Positions 1 to 10,386 of a DNA stretch of 64,000 bases are shown here, piece by piece (position 1 is the stretch's first letter; each line of letters opens with the position of its first letter). The notes beneath the pieces were generated by a model. That model worked only from the letters and a program-made list of their open reading frames with translations. It was not told the origin of the DNA and did not search any database. The stretch comes from Dudresnaya verticillata (Eukaryota). Location of the stretch: contig OZ374565.1 in NCBI GenBank assembly GCA_977862235.1, positions 1,426,001 to 1,490,000 of the forward strand, written 5' to 3'. The translations under genes and the position numbers were made by a program.

Positions 1-1678
1 CACACGGGGAGATCGAAAAGACCTGTTGGTTGCTTATCGGAGAAATTCCTCATGGGTAATTGCGACACTGAAAACACAGTTGGAATCAATATTTCCCAAT
101 GTGATAGCTTTTCATAACGCAACCCCTAGGGTGAGCACGTCGTTGAGGAGTCCATCCCTCTTCGACTTCTCATTTGATACCAACAGACGGTTATCGCCAT
201 TGTTGGTAGATCTGGTCGAACTGAAAGTCCCATCTTCTCAAGAACCTTGGACCACGGTCACAAGGAAACTCCAAACGAGTATCTATCTTCTATCTCCTAC
301 TAGGTGTCCTTCTCCTCTACCACATGGTTATCTTGGACAGTTTCTTCAAAACCTCTTTTCCAATATCCTTACTCTTCTACTCCTTGAGTAACTTGGATAG
401 TTCCGACATTTCTCTCTCTAGTGCCCTTCTTCTCCAACCAAAAACGTTTCTTGGGCTTAATTAATCATTCGAGTTCCTACTGAACAGGATCACTTCTCGA
501 GTTTCCATTCTTTCGGAACCATAAATGGTTGACCGCATGGGCCACTGTGTCACTAGCTCTTACTACCTTCGGAGCTTCCGCAACACTCCTCCACTAATCC
601 CGTGATACCCGCAAGTATCTTGCGCAACGCGCACATTTATCACCATCGGGGGGGTTGGTCGAACGATGCCAGGAGGGTCTGCATCGTCCGCCTGAATGTT
701 TGTCTTTGGTTACCAATACAAGTGTGACTTTGAAAGGTTGTCCCCTCTGGGTTCAGACTCGGCTTAGGATCTTCACCTGTCGGGGTAGGAAGTTCTCGTC
801 TAGCATACCAAACTTTCGGATCATTTGACCTCTTTGGAAACCTCCCTTGAGTCCAGCCCTTTAGGTTATACCTTTCGGTAACACGATAATGCCCCTTCTC
901 TCTCATTCAATGACGAAAGAACTCCTCAAACCTTCCTAGAGATAGTTTCATGTCGGGAGATACCAGGTGATCAAACTGGAGAACCTCTTTAGGTGAAACA
1001 GACTTATTCAAACGAAGGGAATCATTGAGGGGTCTTACTTTCTGTTCTTCTCTCTTGTACCGAAAAGGGTTACCATTCTGGGTTAAGGACAAAACAGCAA
1101 CTCCAAGAGGTGAACCGGACTTGGACACACCAGCTCGTGAAAATTCCTTTGAGATGACTCCACGGACAGGAAGACCAGAACAGGTATTTCCAATTGGGTA
1201 CTCCAACAATGAGTCAACATGGAGCCAAGTAAAGGAACCAAAGACAGGTTGATTTATACGATGCCCGTCAGGTGACAATAGTCTGGCAGGGTTCATAAGC
1301 TCACTAACCATGAAGGTAACTGAATAAGATGTCCTCCAGCACTTCTAGGTCGGGAGACCAGATGTAAGGAAGTGCCTTTTAGGTCTCTTGTGAACTCAAA
1401 GAGTGCACTCAATGAGAAAGCCACAGAGCGGGTACCTGGTAGCGGTGGTAGAGCGGGAGGAACCCAGAGGGTAGACGAGGGCACGTAACCGGATTGGAAG
1501 CACGATACTGAAGGTAGTTCACTGGGCGGGCGGTTGACCGGGCACGGGTGACAAGTGTGCTGCGGTGCCGATAGCTTGGAGACGTAGTTGGGGCCGGAAG
1601 GTGCTTACCTTTACTGTGCAGTAGTTGCCACAATGGTGCACCTTATATGGAAAAAGGCTACCGTCTGGTCCCCTGACA
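1..1678 (-). mobile_element. Old, decayed Ty3/gypsy LTR retrotransposon 5' part (candidate 5' LTR 1363-1678, PBS 1342-1360, gag relic running off the window start)
   Basis: Minus strand reads TGTCAGGGGAC...TCCTTACA, then TC, then TGGTCTCCCGACCTAGAAG, the same PBS as the gypsy at 46253-46271. The downstream ORF relic has RLLSPD, similar to the RLVSPE gag N-terminus of the 55-58 kb elements. Many stops. Confidence 0.6.
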
Positions 1679-2702
1679 CCGCTTCTGAGGACTGTGTACA
1701 AGGCCCGCCTACACTACTAATAAATAATCATAAAATAACACTGGATGTGTCCCGAAATGGACCACTTGTCAGTTACCTGGAGGGTCACTTCAAATCTCGA
1801 TCTCAGGCGCTATTCATCATCCTGGAATAGTTCCACGCCGCTTCTGCAAGCCTTTCACTGTATTACAGGAACCTACGTAACTATAAACAGAGACTAACTT
1901 AGACCCCTTTCGGGCTGATAGAAATTTCGGCTGTCAAGCCCTACTTATGGGCGCCGGAATAGCCGGCGCCCTCAGAATAAACACTCAGGGGAGTTGTTCG
2001 GAGTATCCATCTTATGGTCTTTCGGACGCTCCGCGCCTGCAGGGGTCTCCCAGTACAGGCCTTGACATCGTACGACACGTACTCTACGAAATACTGGGTC
2101 GCAACCTCTGTATCTTCCGTCAGTTGGTCGCGCCGAGTCTTTACTGTGCTTCTGCACCCCCCGCTTTCGGGTCATCAGGTCCCGCTTTGTTTCTAGCCTC
2201 TACCAAACCTCCTTCGAGCTACCACCCATTAACGTGTGATATCGGACAGCTGTCGTTTCTTTTTCTTTGCTGTCCTTGGCCGGTGGTATACTGCTACACA
2301 CGGTCTGGTCCCTCATCGGCATTGGCGAGGTCGTCAATTGGGGGGAGGTGGGAAGGATGAAACACAGCAACACACGGAGTGCCCACTGGAGGAATTTGTC
2401 ATACAGTGTCGTATTCGCGCCGTCAGGCCGGGCGAGTAACGTGCTTACGTCAGTGGCCCTGGCGGGTGCGCCAGCGCCGATTTCGTCCGGATTGCTCTCC
2501 AGGGTAGGGGTGCAGCGCAATACGAACGGGTCCGTATTGCGCCCTTTATGGACTTTTCCTTTATAATTGCGTGCATTTGTCTTAGGCGCCACATCGCGAG
2601 TGATTTGATGTTGGCGTATGCCTTAGATTTAATGGTATTTTAGGATGTCAGTTATGTCAGGGGGACTTCACCCCTTTATTTGGCCGCTCTGAGCGACCCC
2701 GC

Positions 2703-2763
2703 CGAGTGAGCGACGACTGATAAGGAGTCCCACCGGGACTCTTTATCAGTCGTCGCTCACTCG
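2703..2763. repeat. Near-perfect inverted repeat (29-bp arms, 3-nt loop)
   Basis: CGAGTGAGCGACGACTGATAAGGAGTCCC-ACC-GGGACTCTTTATCAGTCGTCGCTCACTCG; a single G.T mismatch. Confidence 0.95.
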
Positions 2764-5073
2764 AGGACGGCGGAGGAAGAGGGGATCGATTCACGAGGTA
2801 AAACAAGACTTGTTTCACCTCCTCCGAGATCCCTACAGCGCCAACCGGGCTCCGGTCGCGGCAGGACACGCACGCGATCGCCGCACCGCACAGTACCCAT
2901 CAGTCTGTGATTAGTACAAGAGGGCGAACAAAACAATGAAATGTTGCATGTTTGTCTGTGAGAACATTTCATGTTACAACGTTAGATAGGGGGCATTTAT
3001 CGAAGCAGGTTAGAACAACGATTTCGCCACTAGTTAGCGGCGGAACTCCCATTTCTGTACAGTAAATCCCTCGACGTTACAATGTTTTCGAAAATGCTGC
3101 CATTGAAACGTCCTGCCAACGATTTTGAAAGTCATAGGTCAAGAAGAGGAGCCAGCTGCCTCTCGAAACAGCACGGTGATACTGCCAGCTGCGTGAGTGT
3201 GAGGGCGAGTATTAGAACGACCACTGTCATGGGCCTCTCTTGTCCATTCACACATGCTCACTGGGAAGGAAGGGGAAAACTGTTCTTAGCCACGGAATAA
3301 GCCCCACAATTGGCTGCAAATACAAACTAGCTTTCAACCAATTCCACACTCGCTACACTGCAGAGCCCATGTGCCCACGCAAGCAGCAAGTGATGGCAAG
3401 AAGCACAAAAAATGCTTGGCTTCTTCTTTGTCGCCGGCCACTTGTTGGTTGCAGACAACGGCGGCGGTCACTGTAATAATATATTGTAATGACCCCTTCA
3501 GCGGTCTGAGGATGCAAAAGAAAACCGCTCGCACCGCGAGCGTAGAGGCGATCCTCCGACAATCCGACAGCACCACTCTACATAAAACTGTTTTGTTTCT
3601 GTCACTTGCGCCATGATACTTGCTGTCCCTGTCCCAGGGAAAAGTGTTGATATTTCAGTAGCTACAACCAAGCGCACGGCGTAAGCCGTTCCAACGACAT
3701 CATTCTTGGCGCTGTAACGATCATCATCACGGGGTTCCAGGACAGTTCCAAGCTCTTTGCGGTGTCTTCTGCCGGGTCGTCCTGCATACAGTTATCGTTA
3801 TCGGTGTTGAGTGGCTGCGCCGCTCGTTCGCACCCATTTTGATGCATCTGCCCAGTGGATGTCTGAGCAATCGGCGAACGACCACCGCAAAAAGTCGAGA
3901 CCAAGGTCCTGGACGACAGCAAGCCATGAAGCATGGCAGTCACAATGAATATCTCTAGTCGCAGTGCCACCAATCATGTCCCGACCCGCAAATTACAGGT
4001 CTCTTTCAGCTGTCCATGCATTCCTTTTGCTTGTTGTTGGCCCCGACTGTCATGCTTTGTAGACGAGTTGCACCACATGCACCAGATGTTTCAGTTGTGC
4101 TAGAAGTTGACTTACCCCTTTTCACCCACCCACATTGAGTCATGTACGCCAGTTTTGCTCATGCTTCCGCTTTAGCTTTGGCTGTGACAATGGCCCTGGC
4201 AAAGCTGGAAAGCTGCAAGCATCGATAGAAGCTCTTCAGAAATGATACAGAAAAGACCGCAGCCGGCCTCTTACTAGTCTGTGTCTTGCGTACCATGTAC
4301 ATCCGAGCACGTCGCCGGGACTTTTCTCCAGAGAGAGAGAGAGGCTCTTCTCTTTTAGACAACCTTCAAAGAAACTTTCGTTGCAGCCTGGAACCTCAGG
4401 GTGAGAGATTGCGTGGGACAGCAATGGCATTTATCTGTCTTGTTTACCTCGCCCTCGCTGTGGTCGGCAAACCTCGCTTTTACCGGCGCATTGCGAAATA
4501 GATAAAACAAACGTCACCTCACGTCTCGTGTGCTTGTCGTGGAGGTGACTGTAATCGAATCACAAGCACGGGCTGTGCACAGGCACATGTCCTTGGAACA
4601 GGCGACCGCAAAGGGTAGCAACCGAGATATCCATCAAAACGAGAAGCCCAATGGACTCCTCTCAGGTTTGGTACAGTAGGAGAAATGTTTTAGTTGGTGC
4701 CTCACAATAGTCCAACACACGGCCTCACGTGGCTTTGGTTTGGAGAAGATGCCTTGATTCCCTTGGACCCTAGACCCATTGCTACAGTATCTTGCCAATA
4801 AGAAAAAGAAAAGCCATCATTTCCTTCTACCACTGGAAAAGAGAGTTCCTACAGCGCAGCTCGAGTTGTGAGCAGCGCAGCTCGAGTTGTGAAAAACATG
4901 GTATGTTTCCGGGTCATATCCACGCATCAAGGCTATTGCCACATACATAGGGTAGGGCACGGTTCGGAGGTCCAACAGGAGTCGCGCAGAAACGTCCTTC
5001 CTGCAGAACGCGAGAGGGAAGAGCGCTTGAAGGTCTGAGGAGGTCTGCCGCGGGGGAGGTCGAGCCATTTGTG

Positions 5074-5079
5074 TATAAA
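5074..5079 (+). promoter_or_regulatory. Candidate TATA box of Cys-rich gene 1
   Basis: TATAAA about 150 nt upstream of ATG 5229; paralogues have TATA boxes at a similar spacing. Confidence 0.5.
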
Positions 5080-5228
5080 GGCTGGGCCGGAGGGGAGAGC
5101 AGACACAGCTTGGCATCAATCCGACAACGGACTGTTCTTCCGACATGCTAGAAGCACACAGACATTTTTTTATCTCTATGCCTATCTCTACAAACGCTCT
5201 CGCACTGTCAAACCGACTGCTCTACAAG

Positions 5229-5633
5229 ATGTTCAAGACCTTATTGATAATGTCACTCTGCATTCTAACGCTCTGTTCGGGGCTTGGAATAGACGTTCTA
5301 GAATCTCGCCAAGAGACGGGCGGATGCCCATGCAAGTGCCTGATCGGGAAGGGGAACAAGCGGCGAGCGGCCGAGGTATGTGGACGGAGCCGGTACATGG
5401 CGGCAGGATGTGAAACGATGAGATGCGTAAACCGCAAGGGGAAGAAGGGTTCCTATTGCTGTGATCCCATTGTTGTGACGCCCACACCTCCGCCGGTTTG
5501 CCCATGCGTGTGCAAGGGTGGACCTAAAGCGTTCAGCAAGGCCAGAAGGGCGTGCAAGAAGCTCAAGGGCGTCTGCAAGGTGCAGCGATGCCCCGCTAAC
5601 AAGTTCAAGAGATGGAGCTGCTGTGATGTGTGA
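5229..5633 (+). CDS. Secreted cationic Cys-rich protein, two 8-Cys domains (paralogue 1)
   Basis: Signal peptide MFKTLLIMSLCILTLCSG, short pro-like segment, CxCxC-x13-C-x9-C-x4-C-x10-CC, TPTPPP linker, second CxCxC...CC domain; clear paralogue at 7198-7626. Confidence 0.85.
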   Translation: MFKTLLIMSLCILTLCSGLGIDVLESRQETGGCPCKCLIGKGNKRRAAEVCGRSRYMAAGCETMRCVNRKGKKGSYCCDPIVVTPTPPPVCPCVCKGGPKAFSKARRACKKLKGVCKVQRCPANKFKRWSCCDV

Positions 5634-5681
5634 GATGGGGTGCCCACATGATTTGGAAGGTGGAGGTGCTTAGGACACCTA

Positions 5682-5853
5682 TGTGTGTGTGTGCGTGTAT
5701 GTGTTTGTGTGTGATGTTGCCCTTTTGTCTTGCTTAAGGTGGTCCTACATAACGGCTAGTGTATGTGTATGTTAGTGGGTGTGGGTGTGACGATAGGATT
5801 GTTGTTGTTGTTGTTTGTGAGCTTCAGGTTAAGAGAGAGAGAGAGAGAGAGAG
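5682..5853. repeat. (GT)n / (GTT)n / (GA)n microsatellite cluster
   Basis: Visible dinucleotide and trinucleotide runs downstream of gene 1. Confidence 0.8.
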
Positions 5854-7059
5854 ATGCGCTTTAGATAAAAGCTTGACATGGTCAACAAAGTTGACGTGTG
5901 CGAGGGCAGAAGGAGGGCAGGACTGTCAACTGTGTCGTCAACCGCGCAAAAATCGGGCGCAGAAGGCGACAAAATGTCAGGCGGTGCGCCGTGGGGTGTC
6001 ATTCTGGAGCTTGCGTTATGCTCTCTACCGACGGACACGGCAGCAACGTGAAGCAGAACGCCGTGGGCAGCGCAGAATTCGTCCCGCCGAGCGTCGCGGT
6101 CGCCTTTCTCCCCCACTGCCACGCAGTTCATCCGAATGGACAGTCAGTCAGGTCGGCGCAGACTGTCAGACGGCCCGTTGAAAGTGCATGCACAATGATC
6201 AGAATCGCTCCTCCGAGCGCCCGAGGCGTGGCGCCCTAAGCTCTTTTGACCCAATGCGGCGTCACTGTCACTGCAACTGAGGGTCTGCCGCTTTTCTCCT
6301 CCACCCGCTCTGTTCACGGCCAGCTGTAAACAACCGCACTGCACGCCAGCTCCCCACACCGGACAGAAACCATCGACCGATCTCTCCATGTCTGGCGCGA
6401 CCACGCCGTCTGTCTATGCCGATTGTCACAAAACCGATGTCGAGCACAAGGCACCCAACTGCGCGATTGTTGCGACAGCGACCCCAATGCAATGCCTGCG
6501 TCACACCCTGCTTCCCGCGCTCGCTGTTGAGTCTACATTTGGGCACAACCCTTGCACCCACGGACACACATAAAACTGACAGCAGCCTCTTTTGACCACA
6601 TCAACCTGCCTATCCTAATTTCCACACCCGCCCTGGGTTGTCCAGCGCCGGCCATGGCACGGGGCACAGGCCACGCTAGCGCTCCCCGGCCTCCATCATG
6701 TGTAGCCTGTCTTGGCTTGTGGTGACAAGCGAAGGACGACGCACAGAATACAGTCGCATGCATGCACAACGACGCTTGCTCCTGTTGCCAGATATTTTAC
6801 CTTTCCGTGTGTCATCAATTCTGTCGCAATGACCCCGACCCCCGATTGTTCTGGTATCTAGAGGCAACAGGAACACTTATCAAACTATCCTCACAATTGC
6901 AACGTTTTCCCACGGCGCCCATCTCTTCCTCGACCCACCCTGTGGGTCCAAACAAAACCTCTCAACTGAAGTCACGCTGCCGTATCAGCCACTTCGCAGT
7001 ATCTACCGCACTTGTCCCTGTGGGGAGTCTTGATCCACATTGAAAAATCTGCTGAGCAC

Positions 7060-7066
7060 TATATAA
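7060..7066 (+). promoter_or_regulatory. Candidate TATA box of Cys-rich gene 2
   Basis: TATATAA about 135 nt upstream of ATG 7198. Confidence 0.55.
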
Positions 7067-7197
7067 GCCTTGTCCCTCAATTGTGAGACCGTCCACTTGC
7101 TCCCCTCTCCAACGCAAAAGTGCACCCTTCTTCCCCCTTCCCCACACACCCTCCCCTTGCCCAATTCTTGCAATCGTTATATCCCAACCACAAGAAA

Positions 7198-7626
7198 ATG
7201 ATCAAGTCTGTCTTCCTCGCCCTGGCCCTCTTGGCTACTGTCGCCCTTTCTGTCACGCTGGAGGAGAACTGGACTGACGAGCTCCAGTCCACCTCGCGCA
7301 TGGGCACCTGCCAATGTAAGTGCCTCACCAAGAAGGGCTCCAAGCGCCGCGCACTTGAGGTCTGTGGCCGCACCAAGTTCATCAAAGCCGGCTGCATCGT
7401 CGAGAAGTGTCGCAACTCCAAGAATGTCAAGGGTTTCCATTGCTGCGACGGTCCCGAAGTCCCCACCCCGACCCCGATGCTCGTCTCCCCCTGCCCCTGT
7501 AAGTGCAAGGGCGGACCGCGTGCTTTCAAGAAGGCTCGCAAGCAGTGTAAGAAGCTCGCAGGCCTCTGCACTGTCTCACGCTGCTCCAAGAACAAATTTA
7601 AGAGGTGGCAGTGCTGCGACGCCTAA
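7198..7626 (+). CDS. Secreted cationic Cys-rich protein, two 8-Cys domains (paralogue 2)
   Basis: Signal peptide MIKSVFLALALLATVALS, acidic pro-segment ending TSR, same Cys spacing as 5229-5633, strong C/G third-position codon bias. Confidence 0.9.
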   Translation: MIKSVFLALALLATVALSVTLEENWTDELQSTSRMGTCQCKCLTKKGSKRRALEVCGRTKFIKAGCIVEKCRNSKNVKGFHCCDGPEVPTPTPMLVSPCPCKCKGGPRAFKKARKQCKKLAGLCTVSRCSKNKFKRWQCCDA

Positions 7627-8095
7627 GCTGTGTGTTGTAAGGAATGGGAAAGATGGTATAGTCATTACGATAGACTCCTTGTTCGAATAAACATGAGTAA
7701 GAAGTATTTTGGGGAAAAGAGAGGGAGAGAGATGATCCTTTACTCAGTAAAACAAGACTAAAGAGAGCTGTAAAGTTGCGTTATGAGTCGTAGTGTTACT
7801 CGTGAAATTTATCACAAGGAACACCTGGGTGGCCCTTCCTAACCTCTGTTCTCTCAAGTAGTGAAGGACAGGTGTTGAGAGGAAGGAGATGGTTTGCCGA
7901 GCGACGGGTTACAGAATGTGATAATATGACAGACATTGAGGGTAACGGCTTGGGCTCGGGGGATGTGAAGATTTGAGACAATAAAGGTGCGAACGTCAAG
8001 CGTCGTCATAGCACCAGGCGGTATAAAAGCCAGGCCTGAAGCACCGCACGAACAAGTCTACACCTTGCACGATTGTGAGAACACCAAATACCAAA

Positions 8096-8893
8096 ATGCC
8101 TCGCCGGCCTCACTTTTCTGGCTTCACCCACTTGAAGAGCTCGTTCCCAAACGGAACCCCCTGGTTCAAGGATCTTGTAGGCACAACTACCGACATCGCC
8201 CATAATGCCTCTTCCCCAAAGGACGTTCAACACGCTCAGCACCGCCCTAGGCATACTAAACTGGCCCCGGACCGTAAAGAGATCAAGGAGCGAAAAAGCC
8301 ATGAGCGAGACGCAGGGCGAATGCCTCTCCGAGAGAACCATCGCAATGCCACTCGAGGTGATGATAAAACTCGAGGTGTGTGGCCAGACCGTTGGTGCAA
8401 ACTCCTCGGCGTCGTCTTTGACGAGAATGGTCAACTACATTTCTTGAGGCCGGAGAAGAAATTAGTAGATTCACCGTCGCGCAAGGAGAGAAAAGACAAG
8501 CCATCTCCGGTCGAACAGAATAAGGCGAGGGGGAGGCGGAACAGAGAGGAAAAGAATGAACAGCCTCCTCTCGAGGGAAAGATGAGGCGCAGGGAAAGAC
8601 ACAAAAAGGCATCTCCGCTGGAAAAGGACGTTCCTCGCAGAGAGAAAGCCCGCAGAACATCTCCGCCCAAAGAGTGGCACAGGCACAGGCAGGTGGAGAG
8701 AACCGTTCTAAAGGATGGCAGAAACAGAGCAACCGATCAGCGCGTTTTGAAGCACAACCGCAAGCCCTAAGTGTCCCGTCCGAAGAAGGTGAGGTTTGCC
8801 GATGACATGGACGTCCGTCTGTTCAAGGATACCCATCCAGGTGACCACTTTCATTTTGCGTACGAGGACACAGCTGCCCCTCTCGACTTTTGA
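8096..8893 (+). pseudogene. Basic, low-complexity protein with C-terminal PP1-docking RVxF-like motif; in-frame TAA at 8768-8770
   Basis: TATAAAA at 8022-8028 and AAAATG start. The ORF runs to 8770, and the frame continues VSRPKKVRFADDMDVRLF...DF to TGA 8891-8893. Confidence 0.5.
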
Positions 8894-9104
8894 GCTCATT
8901 TAGATTGTATATAGACTTTTAAGCGCCGACTACGAATCAGAACGACTGCAGTAAAATCTGATGGTCTATGCTTTGCAGCATTCGCACTCTTATTGCCACA
9001 GTCTCATCCCCTTCGTCTAACGGGTTCATCATGTACATATGTCTTGTCGGAAAAGCAATAGACTATGCGTCATGGACAGTCAATGTGTAGAGATAATTCA
9101 GTTT

Positions 9105-9960
9105 TTAAGGGGTTGTTTAGGGTGGTCCTACGCGGGCGACACTGGCCCATTACCAGGCACACCAGCCCTGAGGGCCAAGTAGCGTTACTTGGTATCGTTA
9201 AAGAGCACACCGCAGGGGATGTCACTGGGACGGGGTGGAAGTAGGAGCGCGAGGGGGGGGGGACCAGGGGGTCGGGAAAGCAGTCGCGCAGAGATTGCGA
9301 ATGGGACGGATCGTGGTCGAGATAACAGCAAGATCAACAGTGGTCGGGTTGGCCTTTGACAACTTGCGCAGGGCCGGTGAGTGAGAGCGGAGAGTTGCGC
9401 GGTGTAAGTAGTGTTTTTCACTAGTTGTGATTAAAGGGATGCTTGCTTGCTAGTTGTGATGGTAAACTTTTTAATGGTTGTTTTAGGCAGTCCCGCTAGG
9501 ATGACTTTAAGGTCCATGTGCAGGTACAACGGGATCAGTTACAGTGGCAGAGGACTGTCACTTTAGTGAACCATGGGAAGGAGAAAACGACGGCGGGGGT
9601 CTGTCTATGGTTGGGAGGATGGCGGCGTGTTCAGAGAGGAAAGCTCTGGATAGGATAGGGTGCGGATGGCGGCGATCGTACTGGCAATGGTGCGTAGATC
9701 GTCGGGGGTGCCGTCTGGCTTGGAGAGCAGATGGAGGGCTTGGGTGTGGGTTCGAAGGGATGTACGTTTGGCAGGGCAGGAACGGGGGATGGGGAAGGTA
9801 CCCAATTGCCAACGGATGGCCAGAAGTCTGTCGCGGTAGTCGGCGAGTCGCAGGACTGGCGAGGGACACGAAGACGTGGGGAGAGAAGCGGGGCGGTGCC
9901 CTGCTAGGGCTTCCTTCCAGATGGAGTTGCATAGCTGGACGAGGATGCGAGGGGGAGCGG
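9105..9960 (-). repeat. Two adjacent copies of a dispersed non-coding repeat (SINE/LINE-3'-end-like), related to 20795-20855 and 25953-26308
   Basis: 9455-9808 aligns by eye along its length with 25953-26308. 9112-9173 matches 20802-20853. All copies share the terminus GTTTT/AG..GTCC..GGCCCA..CAGGCACAC. Confidence 0.65.
9421..9460 (+). mobile_element. Ultra-short 5'-truncated CRE-like LINE tail with 11-bp target-site duplication
   Basis: CTAGTTGTGAT occurs at 9421-9431 and 9450-9460, flanking TAAAGGGATGCTTGCTTG, whose first 15 nt match the LINE 3' tail at 28752-28766. Confidence 0.6.
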
Positions 9961-10386
9961 GTTCTGTTTCTGTTGGTTCTCATTAGTGTTACAGTGCGTC
10001 GCTATGTAACATGCGTGATACACATATAGACTGTATATCATTTGCCGATATCCTTTGATATGTTTGCCATCAAGGATAGAGATCCTCCAACGCACTACAT
10101 GATATCTATTGCAATAACGATACACTTGTAATAGTAGTTGTTCCAGAAAGATATCTCACTTCCGCTAGAACTGCATGTTCTGTCTGTGCCGGTTCTGTAT
10201 ATAAGCAATAGACAACAGCATAGATCTGAACAGAACGGCAGATAGACCTAGACATGATTCAACACAGCTCTACCTAGATACAATTCGCTCAACTGTTCTA
10301 CTAAAATTTGCTCTGCCAGATACTGTTGACTGTTACCGCTACCACTTTCAAATTTCTACCGTACCCATTCTTATATTGTCGCAGTC

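Noticed and set aside
4045..4057. GAGTTGCACCACA identical to the gypsy LTR end at 36035-36047
   Set aside because: Only 13 bp with no flanking similarity or TSD
3082..4501. Short ORFs possibly from a decayed DNA transposon
   Set aside because: No convincing catalytic motif or terminal inverted repeats visible
5759..7043. Several overlapping 60-140 aa ORFs between the two Cys-rich genes
   Set aside because: No signal peptide, motif or codon bias; overlapping in many frames as expected for GC-rich intergenic DNA
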